NCBI GenBank assembly: GCA_964658305.1
Contig: OZ210884.1
Span: forward strand, 5,952,001 to 6,016,000
Direction of reading: 5' to 3'
DNA: 64,000 nt
Origin: Leptogorgia sarmentosa
Taxonomy: Eukaryota
Shown: positions 12,833 to 25,125 of the stretch, one piece after another
Layout: every line of letters begins with the position of its first letter
How positions within the stretch are numbered: position 1 is the first letter of the stretch
Made by a program: the position numbers and the translations under genes
The notes under the pieces: model-generated
Seen by the model: only the letters and a program-made list of their open reading frames with translations
What the model was told of the DNA's origin: nothing
The model's database searches: none

Positions 12833-14039
12833 TAACATAAATAATCACCCTAATTGTTACCTAAATACCACTTAAATCTACGGATTTATTGAAGTTACAT
12901 TTAATTTTGTTTTAAATCCAATGTGCAACTTTACTCTTTAGTGAACCCTAAACCCTTGCGTTTCAGGTTTGTTTCATGCAATATTATTACGCAATTTTAG
13001 TAGAGGAAATTACACGGTTCGAGAAGTATTATTGAAAAATTGCACGCGGGTTTGGCGAAATAATATCAAACAAATCAAATCCATCGTAAATTTATACGAG
13101 AAACAAAAATTTTACCGTAGTTTTACTTGTTTTTAAATTTACCGCTCGCATATCGCGCGCTCGAAACCGTGGTATTTGAAAAGTTAATTACACACCTGTG
13201 TAATTAATGTTTAATTCGCACAGTTGTTGGAGCTTTTTAGCCAATCAGCGTCCAGAAAATTGACTACAATGACATTAATGACCTTAAATTTCCCTAAATT
13301 ACCATAAGCGGCGAAGCGACCGTTTTTGATTTCTTGAATATCGGCTGCGCGGCGTGCATATGCATACTTAGAGGCTGTTTATTTATTTCTTTTGACGAAT
13401 TTCTTTTGATGTAATAGATATAACTTTGAACTTTGCTTAGAAGAAAGTGAGCACGTGCATGGTGAACAAAAAAAACTGGGTATTGAAGATGATCTATTGT
13501 CATAATTTCAATGGCCTTCAACTGAGCTGAATGTGAGCTTTACAAAGATATTTTCATTTGTGAATATCATGTTGCATAATTATCTATTTAGGTGAAATTT
13601 TGCGGAAACTAGACTTTTTAGCCAAATTAATAATATATCGCATAAGAAACTACGTCAGCGATGGGAAAAAGGACAAAAAAAAGCGGATATAATACAATAA
13701 AATGAACCCGCTTGCTAAAATAGTGAAAATTCGTATTTTTCCTCCAAAAAAGCCAAAGTGCAAGGATGAACGATTGTTTACCATTTTCGTCCAAAATCGC
13801 ATGAAAAACATGGCAAAAACTATTTGTGCGAAACAGATCTTGTAAGTGCAATTTCAGCACAATCAAAGCATGTGAAATGCAGTAAAATATCCTGAATATC
13901 CCAACACAGAAAAACTTGAATACTAAAAGCTGAAAAAAAAGTATATAATCACATCAGTGGCAAATATGAGAAATTGTGTTTACAAAAACTGCAATTATTC
14001 GTACTGTATCTCATCTTAAAGACAAAGCCATTGCGAATT

Positions 14040-14219
14040 TGTCCTTGAGATCTCCAGGACAGTTTATATTTTCAAAGTAGCCTAATAATTAAACAATAAC
14101 ACATATTTGTCCTGGAGATCTCCAGAACAAAATATGTCCTTGAGATCTCCAGGACAGTTTATAATTATATTCAACAATATAGGCAGAACATGAGCATGTC
14201 CTTGAGATCTCCAGGACAA
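14040..14219. repeat. Four dispersed copies of a 22-bp near-palindrome TGTCCT(T/G)GAGATCTCCAG(G/A)ACA
   Basis: Copies begin near 14040, 14108, 14135 and 14197. Confidence 0.7.
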
Positions 14220-15152
14220 TCCAGCTACATGATCACGACATGATGTAACTAATAGAATAGAACGTCCATCTTCTGAAAATATCAATTCAGAACATGCAGT
14301 ATGTATATTGAAATATACATTGCATTCAATATACGTTCGTTGTTAAACTTCATACTAGACAGCTTGTTTTGTTACAAACGACATAAAGTGATATACATGC
14401 TTCAATTGCGTGCATATAATAGTCTTGTTCAGAAAACACCCGTTCACTGGTTCAGTGCGTATCCATGAGATGCACAACCACTATACTCTTGAACTGTGAT
14501 AAAATGAGCCAAGCTAGCAACATCTGTAACGCAAGGAATAACTCATTAATTAAAAATGTAGCTAACATGGGTTTTTTTATTTCGCTTCATTTAGTTATCC
14601 CTTTCGTGGCGTTTAATAATAAACGCTGAAATTCATGCATGTTCTATTTTCGTTGAACGTAAGGAAGGTAACGAATTATAACCTGTTGATGTTGAAGATG
14701 ATGACTATCGCTGTTGAGATTACCTATTGCCAATTTTATGTGACTCAGCTCTATACTTGATATATAAATCGTGCGCAATCGTGCAGTATACAGTTTTATT
14801 ATTCAGTTTTCGTAAACTAGTTTTCTGATTGGCCGATTTGTACCACGTGACTTCATTTTACATAACAACAATGCACGGCCGTGCATTATAGCCGTGCGTA
14901 AACTTTTTATTGCACTGCAAGATGGCTTCCGAGTGCGAGAAGTTTTTAGATTTGTCCACCGAGGATATAGAGGCAATAATTTCTGTTTTAATTATAAATT
15001 GTAATTATAAATGTTGTACTATAAAATATATTTTTTGTAATAAATATGAATTGTGTGGCGTTTCTTTTTGCATATTTCTCTATGCATGCTTATAACAATG
15101 TGAAATGCTTGTTCTTTTGTGGTTTACTCAAATTGAATATTAAAACGTTTAA

Positions 15153-15315
15153 AGCACTCTTTTTCGTGCATTATTGGCATTTTCAAGCACTCATTCGCGA
15201 ACAAGAAACTCGAAATTTAACACTGCACTCGGCTGCGCCTCGTGCAGTGTTAAATTTCTTGTTTCTTGTTCGCGAATGAGTGCTTGAAATGCCGATAATG
15301 CACTCAAAGAGTGCT
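15153..15315. repeat. Long fold-back palindrome centred on CTCGGCTGCGCCTCGT
   Basis: Arms of about 70 bp (agcactctt...aacactgcac / gtgcagtgtt...aagagtgct). Confidence 0.7.
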
Positions 15316-15544
15316 GTAATCCTTAAATAAATTAATTAGAAACCGAAAATAAGTAAAAATATGATATGAAAATAGGTTTTTGCGCGTGCAATTATGAAGT
15401 GTGAAAATTGTGAATTTATGAAAATTGACGTATTGGGAATATTGATAGAGAGTTCAATGGTTTGACGAACTTGTTATTTTTCTGTGTCTGCGATTTCATA
15501 TTTTGTGTACAGAATAAGTAAAAGCTTGGCAAGATAAAACTGTG

Positions 15545-15917
15545 CAAAGCGATTTCGTCTTAAATGAATACATTATTCTTTATGCGGGTTCCGTTTTTTT
15601 TGGGACACCCTGTATAAAAAAAGAAAACAGGGGGGGGGGGGGGCGGCTATTTCAGATACTTCAGTGTACGTTCTTGCTTTCACGCGTAATTTTCCAAATA
15701 AGTAAAAGCAAGACAACATAAAAAAAATTTTCCGAATAAGTAAGTGCAAGACAAGATAAAAGTATTGATACAACAAAGCGATTTCTTTTTAAATGAATAC
15801 ATTATTATTTATGCGGGTTCCATTCTTTTTGGGATCCCCTGTATATAAAAAAAGGAACGGGGGAGGCTATTTCAGATACTTCAGTGTACCTTCTTGCTTT
15901 CGCACGTAATTTACCAA
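15545..15917. repeat. Local direct duplication (two ~150-bp copies, period ~230 bp)
   Basis: caaagcgatttc...aaatgaatacattatt...tatgcgggttcc...ggctatttcagatacttcagtgtac occurs twice. Confidence 0.65.
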
Positions 15918-16514
15918 GCCATAAATTTAACTCTGAACGTAGCATTCGTACCCTAACGACTAACAAGAATTCGAAGGAGTAAGAAAAAAAGAAAAAATTG
16001 TAAGAAATTAAAGTAAATTTAGTGGTCTTGCAACTAAAGTAAAACGTTACCCGACCTCGCTTAGGTTTTTTTGCTCGCAGCGGCGGGCTCGCTTATTAAC
16101 ACAGAAAGATAAGGACTGGAAACGAGGTGCTCTGAAATATCTGAAATAGCCATCACCTAAGATTGGCTGTCCAACCAGATTGGTTAAAAAATGATGCGAC
16201 TCTCAAAGCAGTGCAAGTATAGCTCCAAAATTATACGAGTTACGCCGTAATCGCAGTGTTTTTAACAAATATCAGATGCTCAATCGTGCATGATTTCAAA
16301 ATGGGTACAATGACATAGAGTATCAACTTCATTGTGTTACTCACCCAACTCGTTTATCTTTTAAACAATTTTTTGCTACTTCTGCAACTATTATTTTGCT
16401 AACCCACTTTGTCAACTTTCACTCTTTTTCACTTCTGGGTACGAGCAGGGCTTTGACAGAATTTAACCTATGATCTCATAAATCAAGGGCTCGTTCACAC
16501 TTAGCTCACTTGTA

Positions 16515-19340
16515 AATTTCTGTACAATTCCGAGATCTCATTACTGACTTTTTTCTTGAACAAGTTAACCCATTTCCCACACGGAAAAACAACATCCTTG
16601 ACCTAATCTTCACCAAAACCTCTGAGGCTGTTACTGATGTGTCATGTATATCACCAGAGTCTCTGGACATCTACAGTGATCATAATCTTTTGTTCTTCGA
16701 ATTCAATGTGTCAGCAAAGAATTCGCCTTGTGCCACGCGAACAGTTCTAGATTATAGTTCGGCAAATTGGGAGGGTTTGTTCAAGACCCTTTCATCAATC
16801 AACCTTTCTTCGTCAATATCTCCACATGAACCAGACAGCAACAATTCCAACAAACCTACCCACAACTCCAACAACCTAAAAACCAACTCGGGTGATATTG
16901 ATAATGATTGGCAACGTTGGTGTAGTCGTTTCATGGATGCTGTGCATCGACATATTCCCACTAAAGTCATCAAGAAACGCAAGTCTCCGCCTTGGTTTGA
17001 CAACGAGGTCCGACATATATTGAACAAAAAGGAAACAACTAGACGAAGAGCAAAAAGACACCCTAACTCCAACCTCTGGGAAACCTTCCGAGACCTTCGC
17101 CGTACCTGTAAATCCCTTCTGTCACAAAAACGTAAAGAATTCTTCCGAAACCTACCGAAAGCTAATCCCAAGAAATTCTGGTCGTTGTTTAAAACTGTGT
17201 CGATTACGTCCAGTGTGCCGAGTAAAATGACCTGGCAATGTAGTGAAGGCAATGTTACTGCTAATAACCCAGAGGACGTTGCAAACCTTTTAAACAACTA
17301 CTTCCACTCCATGTTTAACCCTCCCTTTTCCCAAGAAGAGTATGATAATTATCCAGCTTCGAACACCTCATCCTGTGATCTGATCACAAATATCCACATT
17401 TCCTCTGACGATGTTAGGCGTGCTCTTCTCTCGCTTGATGTAAACAAAGCCATGGGTCCAGATAAAATTCCAGCGAGGTTACTCATCTGCTGTGCACCCT
17501 ATATTTCGTCATCATTAAGTGATCTGTTCAATAAGAGTTTGAACACTGGAAGAATACCAGCAGAATGGAAGATCTCTAACATTACACCAATTCCAAAAAG
17601 TGGTAAAAAGAACGAAGCTTCAAATTATCGACCCATCTCTCTACTCTCCATTGTATCTAAAGTCTTAGAGCGTTGTATCTACAATCAACTAATTAACCAT
17701 CTGTCCAGTCAACTGCACAACCTACAATTCGGATTCCTCAAGGGAAAGTCTACAACATCACAGTTACTTCAAGTTCTTCATGAGATTGGCGAGTCGCTCG
17801 ATAAAAGAGTTCAAACTGACATTCTTTACTTGGACTTTGCTAAAGCCTTCGACAGAGTGGATCATCAGCTGCTATTAAAAAAATTACGTACTGTCGGTGT
17901 TGGTGGTAACTTGCTTGCCTGGTTTGAAAACTACCTCACTGACCGCCATCAACAAGTAACAGTCCTGGGCAAGACATCGCGACGAATACCAGTCCCGTCA
18001 GGTGTTCCTCAAGGTTCAATCCTTGGTCCATTATTATTCCTTGTTTACGTCAATGATCTACCCAAAAACACCACATCGTCGTCCGTAGCCCTTTTTGCCG
18101 ATGGTACCAAGTGTTATCGTGCGATACGAACAACAGAGGACGTTCAGCATCTTCAATGTGATCTCGATGGAATCTATGAGTGGTGTCAGATTTGGCGTAT
18201 GGACCTCAACAAATCAAAATGTGGTCTTCTCAGTGTGACAAGAAACCGAAAGCAAATTCCGTCAAACTACCACCTGGCCAGTCATGACCCCACCAACACC
18301 TCAACCATCAACAAGCGAACTGTGCAAAAAGACCTCGGAGTTTTCATCACCCCAGATCTCAAATGGAACCACCAGGTATCAGCGGTATGTGCTAAAGCCA
18401 ACAGAACGCTAGGGTTTGTAAGAAGATCTACCCTCAACATGACCTATCCTCGTATCCGTTGTACGTTGTACGTTGTACAAGACCTTGGTACGAAGTCAAT
18501 TTGCCTACAGCTGTCAAGTCTGGTCACCACAGTCTGTTTCACTAATCCTTGAAATGGAAAAGGTTCAAAAACGAGCAACAAGAGTCATCTTGTCGCTGCC
18601 ATATCGATCCGAAACCCACTACAAAGACCGGCTGCTGAGAACAGGGTTGCTCTCATTAAGTTACTGGCATGAATACTTGGACTTAATATATTTCTTTAAA
18701 GCAATGTTGACGAACGACCAAAACATCGCATTTAAATCAAGTAGTCGTGTCACTAGGAGTGAGATAAATAAAGGTATCAGTGTAAATATACCAAGAGTGA
18801 ACACTTTAACTTTTCAGAACAGCTATTATAACAGAACTCCTAGAGTGTTCAACTGTCTACCGTCGCATATCCGTGGATCGAATGTTAACATTGGTCAATT
18901 TAAATCATACTTATTGAACTATTACCATAAGATGACCGAACTAGTATACGACATTGATGTTCCACAAACGTTTAAAACTATATGTGTTAAATGTATTCAT
19001 GTCGTCCATTGTCTAGTCTTGCAGATAAAATGTGTTGTAAGTAGATAGACTGGTTGATTCGCTGAATTCAGAATATTTTCTAAATTTACACATCTGGGAT
19101 CGGTTGATACAACCGACCCCAGGCTTTCGTTGTCAGAATTAACAAAAGTTTAGAAATAGGCTATTATTAGGAAATTTCACTTGTCCTTCATCGCTCCGGT
19201 TATCGTTCTGAGAACAGCGAAACAACTACTATCTTTTAAATATTGTTGTATAAAAATTTAGGTACCCTGTTAATGGAGCAATGTGCTCTGTAGGGATCAC
19301 CGGTCAGGTTTGACGAAGCTTGTAAATAAATAAAATAAAA
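16515..19340 (+). mobile_element. 5'-truncated CR1/L2-type LINE (C-terminal APE endonuclease plus RT), inactivated
   Basis: PTRKNNILDL and SDH endonuclease motifs; RT NYRPISLL, LDFAKAFD, GVPQGSILGP, FADG (expected FADD). Frameshift at 18457-18477; A-rich tail at 19324-19340. Confidence 0.9.
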
Positions 19341-19433
19341 ATTGATTTTGTAAATTCCAATACGATTCAATTCGCTTTCGAGGAGTTGTCGCATTTGGAT
19401 ACTACATTGGAGCTTCATTTTGTATGTAAATAA

Positions 19434-19578
19434 AGAGGTTATATCAGTCCCCCGTCGGGATTAAACAACAAAGAATTTGGCGGCCATGTTGGTGTAACTT
19501 TCAAAAGAATATATTTAATTTAACATTCTTTTGTTTTACTATACCAATATGGCGGCGTGATGTCACATGCAAACGCTC
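19434..19578. mobile_element. Possible short non-autonomous DNA element
   Basis: Internal inverted motifs gccatgttgg / ccaatatggc; family not determined. Confidence 0.25.
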
Positions 19579-20029
19579 CCGGCCATACCTATAAGTCGGG
19601 AAAGGATTTTTTTAAAAAAATGCTGGATAATTGCTGGATAATTACTGGTGGATACTAGCTGACACAGTGTTAACTGTCATGGTAACAAACTGTCAACTCC
19701 ACATCTTGCTATATTTTGAGAACCGAAAGATTAGATTTTCGCCCTGCGAGGGCCAGAAAAGTCGAGAATTCTCGCGTGTTGTTACAAATTCGAACAGAGT
19801 CAAAACTCGACTAACTGTCTCACTGATTTGTGAGCACTTTCAAAAGGGCTGGGGGCAAAATCAAATTGGTAGTGGTTGTAGAGAATGGAAGACCAGACAC
19901 TCATATATAATAATATATATATCAAAATCCGTATACAAAATGCATATTTTAATGAGGTTATGCAATAACCAAGGTTAACAGCTAGGCAACCAGGCCTCCA
20001 TGCGTCAACGCCCCACGTGAAAATTTCGT

Positions 20030-20400
20030 ATGGCATACAAAGAACTCTATCCAATCGTTATTGCGTGTCATCTGTGGGGTCATCGCTGGCGCCACAAACG
20101 AGTACTCTTCTATTGCGATAATGAAAGCGTGGTGGGAATCGTTAATTCGGGCGCATCAAAGGACGACGTCATTATGGAGTTAGTTCGCGAACTGTTTTTG
20201 GTGGCGGCAAAATATGACTTTCGCATTTCTGCCTCGCATGTAGCAGGTAAAAAGAATCTGATAGCTGATGCTTTGTCTCGATTCAACTTGCAGGAATTTT
20301 TCCGGCTGGTTCCCGAGGCACACCCACTCCCCCAGATTATTCCCGAGGAACTGCAAGCCCGCTTGACCTCAAACATTTGAACGAACAGGCAACGTCGCTT
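20030..20400 (+). mobile_element. DIRS/Ngaro-type (tyrosine-recombinase retrotransposon) RNase H fragment
   Basis: YKELYPIV..WG..W..KRVLFYCDNESVV...HVAGKKNLIADALSR; no RT or recombinase intact in the window. Confidence 0.75.
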
Positions 20401-20569
20401 CTGTTTAACAGTTTTTTTGTCAAATTAGGACTGTCATTCCACTACACTTGAGGCACAACTAGGTTTAAATATAGGGTTCAAAACAAATTATCAGACTTTA
20501 TGTGTTATCTTTGGTTGTCATATTTTTCGAAGAATATCGCGCGCGACGCACTTTTTGCTCTGCTCACTC

Positions 20570-20990
20570 TACAATGCGCTATGGTCCGACGGTCTCCATA
20601 GTCGGCCTACGTTAGTGTCCTACAATTCGCGATGGTACGAAATTTACCACAGTTGGGTAACGTCAGTGTTCCACAGTTCGCTATGGTACGAATTTCACCA
20701 TAGTCGGATAACGCCAATGTCCGACAGTTCACTACGGACGAAATTTCACCGTAATTGGATAACGCTAATGTTCTACAGTTCGCTATGGTACGAAATTTAC
20801 CGTAGTTGGATAACGCGAATGCTCTACTGTTCACTATGGTACGAAATTTACCGTAGTTGGATAACGCTAATGTTCTACAGTTCGCTATGGTACGAAATTT
20901 ACCGTAGTTGGATCAGCGCTAAGGTGCCTCAGTTCGCTATGGTACGAAACTTACTGTGATTTACCATAATTGGGCAACGTTAATAACGAT
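20570..20990. repeat. 51-bp minisatellite, ~8 units, each with an internal hairpin
   Basis: Consensus tacagttcgctatggtacgaaatttaccgtagttggataacgctaatgttc; units start near 20570, 20621, 20672, 20723, 20774, 20825, 20876, 20929. Confidence 0.85.
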
Positions 20991-21389
20991 TCATAACTCT
21001 TTATTGTATGAACGTTACCGTAGTTGAATCACGTCTGTAGCTCATAGTGTGTTTTCTGCGTAATACACCGGTGGCTTGCAATTCGTTTTGACAAAATTAC
21101 AGTCTGTCGCAACCCATGAATGCTGTGGGAGCATGCTGTGCAAGTATCAGCTCCACGGGCCCACGGCGGTATAATGGGAGAAGCGCAAAATGACATTCGA
21201 CTCGCCAAAGTCTCCGGATTGTTGCTTGGAGGGGTGATGTATTGTCATCACCCTTGGTGGTCAGCTTAAGATACCACTGGCACGGATCTTAACCTGAGTC
21301 CAAGTAACAACATTTGCCCCAGGCCACCCCTCAGTCATCTGGGCTAACACCTCACCATCCAAACGGGTAAGTATGGTGAACGAAGGTGT

Positions 21390-22783
21390 TAATGCGAAGT
21401 GTTGTGTTGTTAATTTTTAGGGACGCATGTTCTTCGTCTTTGTCACCTGTCATACCTGTCTTCACCATGTCAATTCCATGAGTTGAGGAGTCGCTATCAT
21501 AATCGATGCCGTGAACCGATTTCTTTGCTGGTTTCGATTGTGGTCGATATAGTTTGGCATAGTGTCCTAGTTTTCGACAGTTGTTGCACTTTTTCCCGTA
21601 TGCAGGGCAGGATTTTGGTTGTGAACTCGACCACAATTACCGCTTTGTTTCGATGGGTGCGAGATTGTCCTCTGTAATTGTTTCTGCGCTGGTCTTTTGC
21701 CAATGCATCGACATTGGCGGAATTCTGATCTAGAGACTTCATTTGCTCGTGAGATACTTCAGATGCGCGACATATACCCACAGTTTTTAGGGTTAACTCA
21801 GATTCCCGAAGTAGGCGTTCTTTGATGTGATGGTTTCGAATTCCACAAACTATTCGGTCGCGAATCAGCCCGTCGTGAAGTGTTTGAAATTCACATGTTG
21901 CCGCAAGAGTCCGTAATACAGTTACAAACTGGTCGATGTTCTCGTTTTCTTCTTGATTCCGTATGTTGAATTTGTGCCGTTCGTACGTGATGTTCTTTCT
22001 CAGGTTACAGTGGGTTTTAAACGCTGACTTTAGCTCGTTTGTTGTTCTATTCCACGTTGTCCCACCATCTTCGTCTGTCTCGCTTTCTGGCGTTGCGAAC
22101 GTCAGTGTCTTGTAAACTTCTCGGCCTTTCTCTCCAATGCATAGAAGAAAGTATGAACATCTTTCCTCTTCAGAGCGTCCTTTCAGCTCTGTTTTCTCAA
22201 AGAGCGTCCAGTGTTTCTCAAACTTGCGAAAGTTCTCACTGACGTTCCCGTCTAATTTCAAAGGTTTAGGCGCTGCCCATTGAAGGTTTCCTGTAATCCT
22301 GTTGCCATATTTGCTGCTTGTATGGTATCCCACTCCTGACACCATGTAATACTTCAGTGTGCTTATAGAAATTTATTGTGACTCAATCAAATACATATGT
22401 CTGACTATGTCGAGGTGCTCTAGCGAGTGCCCCGGGTTCCTATTACAATTGCATGTGCTAGTGATTATGTTAAGCTGTCAATCAATTTACTTGAAGTGTG
22501 TACATACAGGGGGTGGACAAAAAAAAGTGGCCCCCAGAACAATTTGGTTCATAAGCGGCAAGCTCCACAACCTTGCAGATTTAAAGAGGATTTAAATTTT
22601 GAGATTTAAATTTGCTAAGGTTGAAAGATTTATAAATTTGCTTAGGTCGTACTCAAACCAAACGGAGTTCTGCATTCCCGATTACTTGAGAGAGATGTTT
22701 TTCAGTAAAAACCGAATTGTTCTGGGGGCCACTTTTTTTTTGTCCTCCCCCTGTATATAGCTACTATATGAGCATATATTACA
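21390..22783 (-). mobile_element. Truncated Ty3/Gypsy LTR retrotransposon: 5' LTR, PBS and degraded gag
   Basis: LTR 22345-22783 bounded by tgtaata/tattaca; PBS TGGTGTCAGGAGTGGGAT at 22344-22327. Gag motifs ERHKFNIRNQ, IRDRIVCG and knuckle CPAYGKKCNNCRKLGHY are split by a frameshift. Confidence 0.8.
22507..22753. mobile_element. Tc1/mariner-type MITE inserted in the LTR
   Basis: TIRs cagggggtggacaaaa..gtggcccccagaacaatt / aattgttctgggggccac..ttgtcctccccctg; TA target duplication at 22505-22506 and 22754-22755. Confidence 0.8.
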
Positions 22784-23191
22784 TCAACCACTCAGATACT
22801 GAGGAAAATTGTGCACAAGTTGTTCAATAGCCTGTAATTTGGGGGAAAAAGCACGTGATTGCCAACAAGCAATTGGAAAAGTAGCTACAGATTTAAATTC
22901 AAAATTTTATCAGGATAAGTTTTTTGATCAGAGTGGATGTGTTTTAAAACGGTCAGAATTTCATGGAATTTGGTTAAATTTAATTCTGCATTTTTGCAAA
23001 TGAAGTATATTAAATGTTAGTGTTGATCGATGTCCAATTAGTGACAACAAGTCAAAACATTATTTCTATCAATATTCCCAATATGTCAATTTTCATAATT
23101 TCACAATTTTCACAATTCATAATTGCACGCTCAAAAACCTATTTTCATATCACATTTCTACTTATTTTCGGTTTCTAATTAATTTATTTAA

Positions 23192-23378
23192 GAAATAGAT
23201 AACGAGTCGCGTGCCATTATGCTGTTATAATGCACGAGGGAAATGTTGCGAGAATGCGAGAGAATCGCGTAAAACACGAGGCGTAGCCGAGTGTTTTACG
23301 CGATTCTCGAGTATTCTCACAACATTGCCCGAGTGCAATTATAACAGCATAATGGCACGCGACGAGTTTTTCTATTTC
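23192..23378. repeat. Long fold-back palindrome centred on ACGAGGCGTAGCCGAG
   Basis: Arms of about 85 bp (tcgcgtgccattatgctgttataat / attataacagcataatggcacgcga). Confidence 0.7.
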
Positions 23379-24787
23379 GTTTATAATATAAGAGAATATT
23401 AGCGCAACAAATAACTTCGTTAGGAAGATGAAAATTACAATTGAAGTAATCAAGCGTGTTCTCAAATGTTGCCAAGCAGCAACACAGCTTCATTCCTTTA
23501 GCTGAGCGAAAGCAAACAATTCAAGCCATTTCTATGGATGTATTTTTAGTATATATGTATTTTTATTGTCTTTTTGTCAAACCAAAGAGTCGCGGGAGAA
23601 ATTTAATAGCTAGATGCGTGCATTACGCTGTTATAATGCACGCTCATTAGCCATGCAATCACGTTGCAGATTTTACCCTACTTATATTATAAAAGCGAGC
23701 TCAATATTTCTGTACAGTGTTCAGCAAAGCGTATTTGGCTTAAGCGGCTAAAACTGAAAAGTGCAATAGCTACAATTGCGCAATTTGGAATTTCTCAAAA
23801 CCTTGCAAGTTAGCAACCATATTCAAATATTCGTCTTCGCCAAAACATAAACATTCATACAAGAGCCAGTCAAACCAATATCCACTTTTACACGGTACCG
23901 GATTAATATAGTCACGACAATGATTTCGGTGAGTTTAAGGTTATTTCTATTCCTACCACTTTTTCTATGATTAGTTGTCATTAAATTCTGTAATATAAAC
24001 AGAGATTTAAGAGCCACACATGCAAGTAATTACATTCTACACAACAACAAAACACTTAGTAATTGACCCAGTAAAAACAAAATAAACCCGGTCAACTATG
24101 CTATTACAAACTAATAGCATGGCTTTTCGGGAGATTAGTGATGGTCCCTTACCTCGGTAGCTTTGTGGAATTACAAACCTATACGGGACCATTTAATCAC
24201 TAATCTCCCTCAAACCATGCTATTACTTATCATAATCGAGTCTTTTTAAAAAACATTTCACTGGGGGGAGGGGCAAAACAAAAACATTACAGAAAGAAAA
24301 ATATTAGGTGTCTAGGTTCGACGAACGAGCAATTCTTAGAAGTGATTTGTTTTAATTTATAACTTTTTAGCAGTAGTTCGTCTTAAACAATTAATTGAAT
24401 GTCCTCATTATAATTTGAAAGTTTTAAGAAAAAAATTTTTGCAATAAAATCTCTTTGTTTATATGCCTCAAGACATGGCCTTTCATTGCGTCTTCTTTCT
24501 TGTTGATAAAGAATAAAACGGTTGGTCTAGATCTTGGGTCATATGAAGCGGTTGGGACACCATTCCGTTCAATTAAACTAATTTATTAATGCTTGATGAA
24601 TAACAATATTACTTAAAGACAAAATGATTGTGCAAGAAGCTATGGAAGGGCATAATCTCATTATCGAGTAAACCAACTGTAACTGTGGCAACAATTATTA
24701 GCAATCATAATATAATTCTGCTTCGCGCTTTCGGGGCAGAAATGGCTTAAATGGCTTTACTGGGTGAGGGCAAATCTTTTCCATGGG

Positions 24788-25125
24788 CATAGGCGTACGG
24801 GACCAAGTCATTTTGGGGGGGCTGGGCAGTTTGCCCAAAAAATCTTCCAAAAATGTCTAAATCTCTACTACCCCTCCCCCCCCCCCGCTCGACAAATATT
24901 GTTAGGAGATAAGTACGTGTAGAAACAGCTGTTATGCCATGAAAGATTTTAGTTATGTTCAATTTTCTTGAACATATTCGACGAAAAACCGGAATATTTT
25001 AATATATTGCCCCAAAAACCAAAATATATTGCCCAAAAATCGAAATATATTGCCCAAAAATTGTCCATTTAATCCAAGCTGGGGGGGCTGCAGCCCCCCC
25101 AGCCCCCCCGCCTCGTACGCCTATG
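24788..25125. mobile_element. hAT-type MITE
   Basis: TIRs cataggcgtacg / cgtacgcctatg; 8-bp TSD TCCATGGG (24780-24787, 25126-25133); empty site in the other arm near 11265. Confidence 0.85.

Noticed and set aside
14040..14219. CRISPR-like palindromic repeats
   Set aside because: Only four copies, with very unequal and partly duplicated spacers.
7400..16400. Short 60-130 aa ORFs here, in 23000-27500 and 44400-50200, and antisense ORFs over the PKS and retroelements
   Set aside because: No recognisable motifs; their recurrence reflects DNA duplication or shadow frames, not coding conservation.
20570..20990. CRISPR array
   Set aside because: Units are contiguous 51-bp repeats with no unique spacers, there are no cas genes, and the context is eukaryotic.
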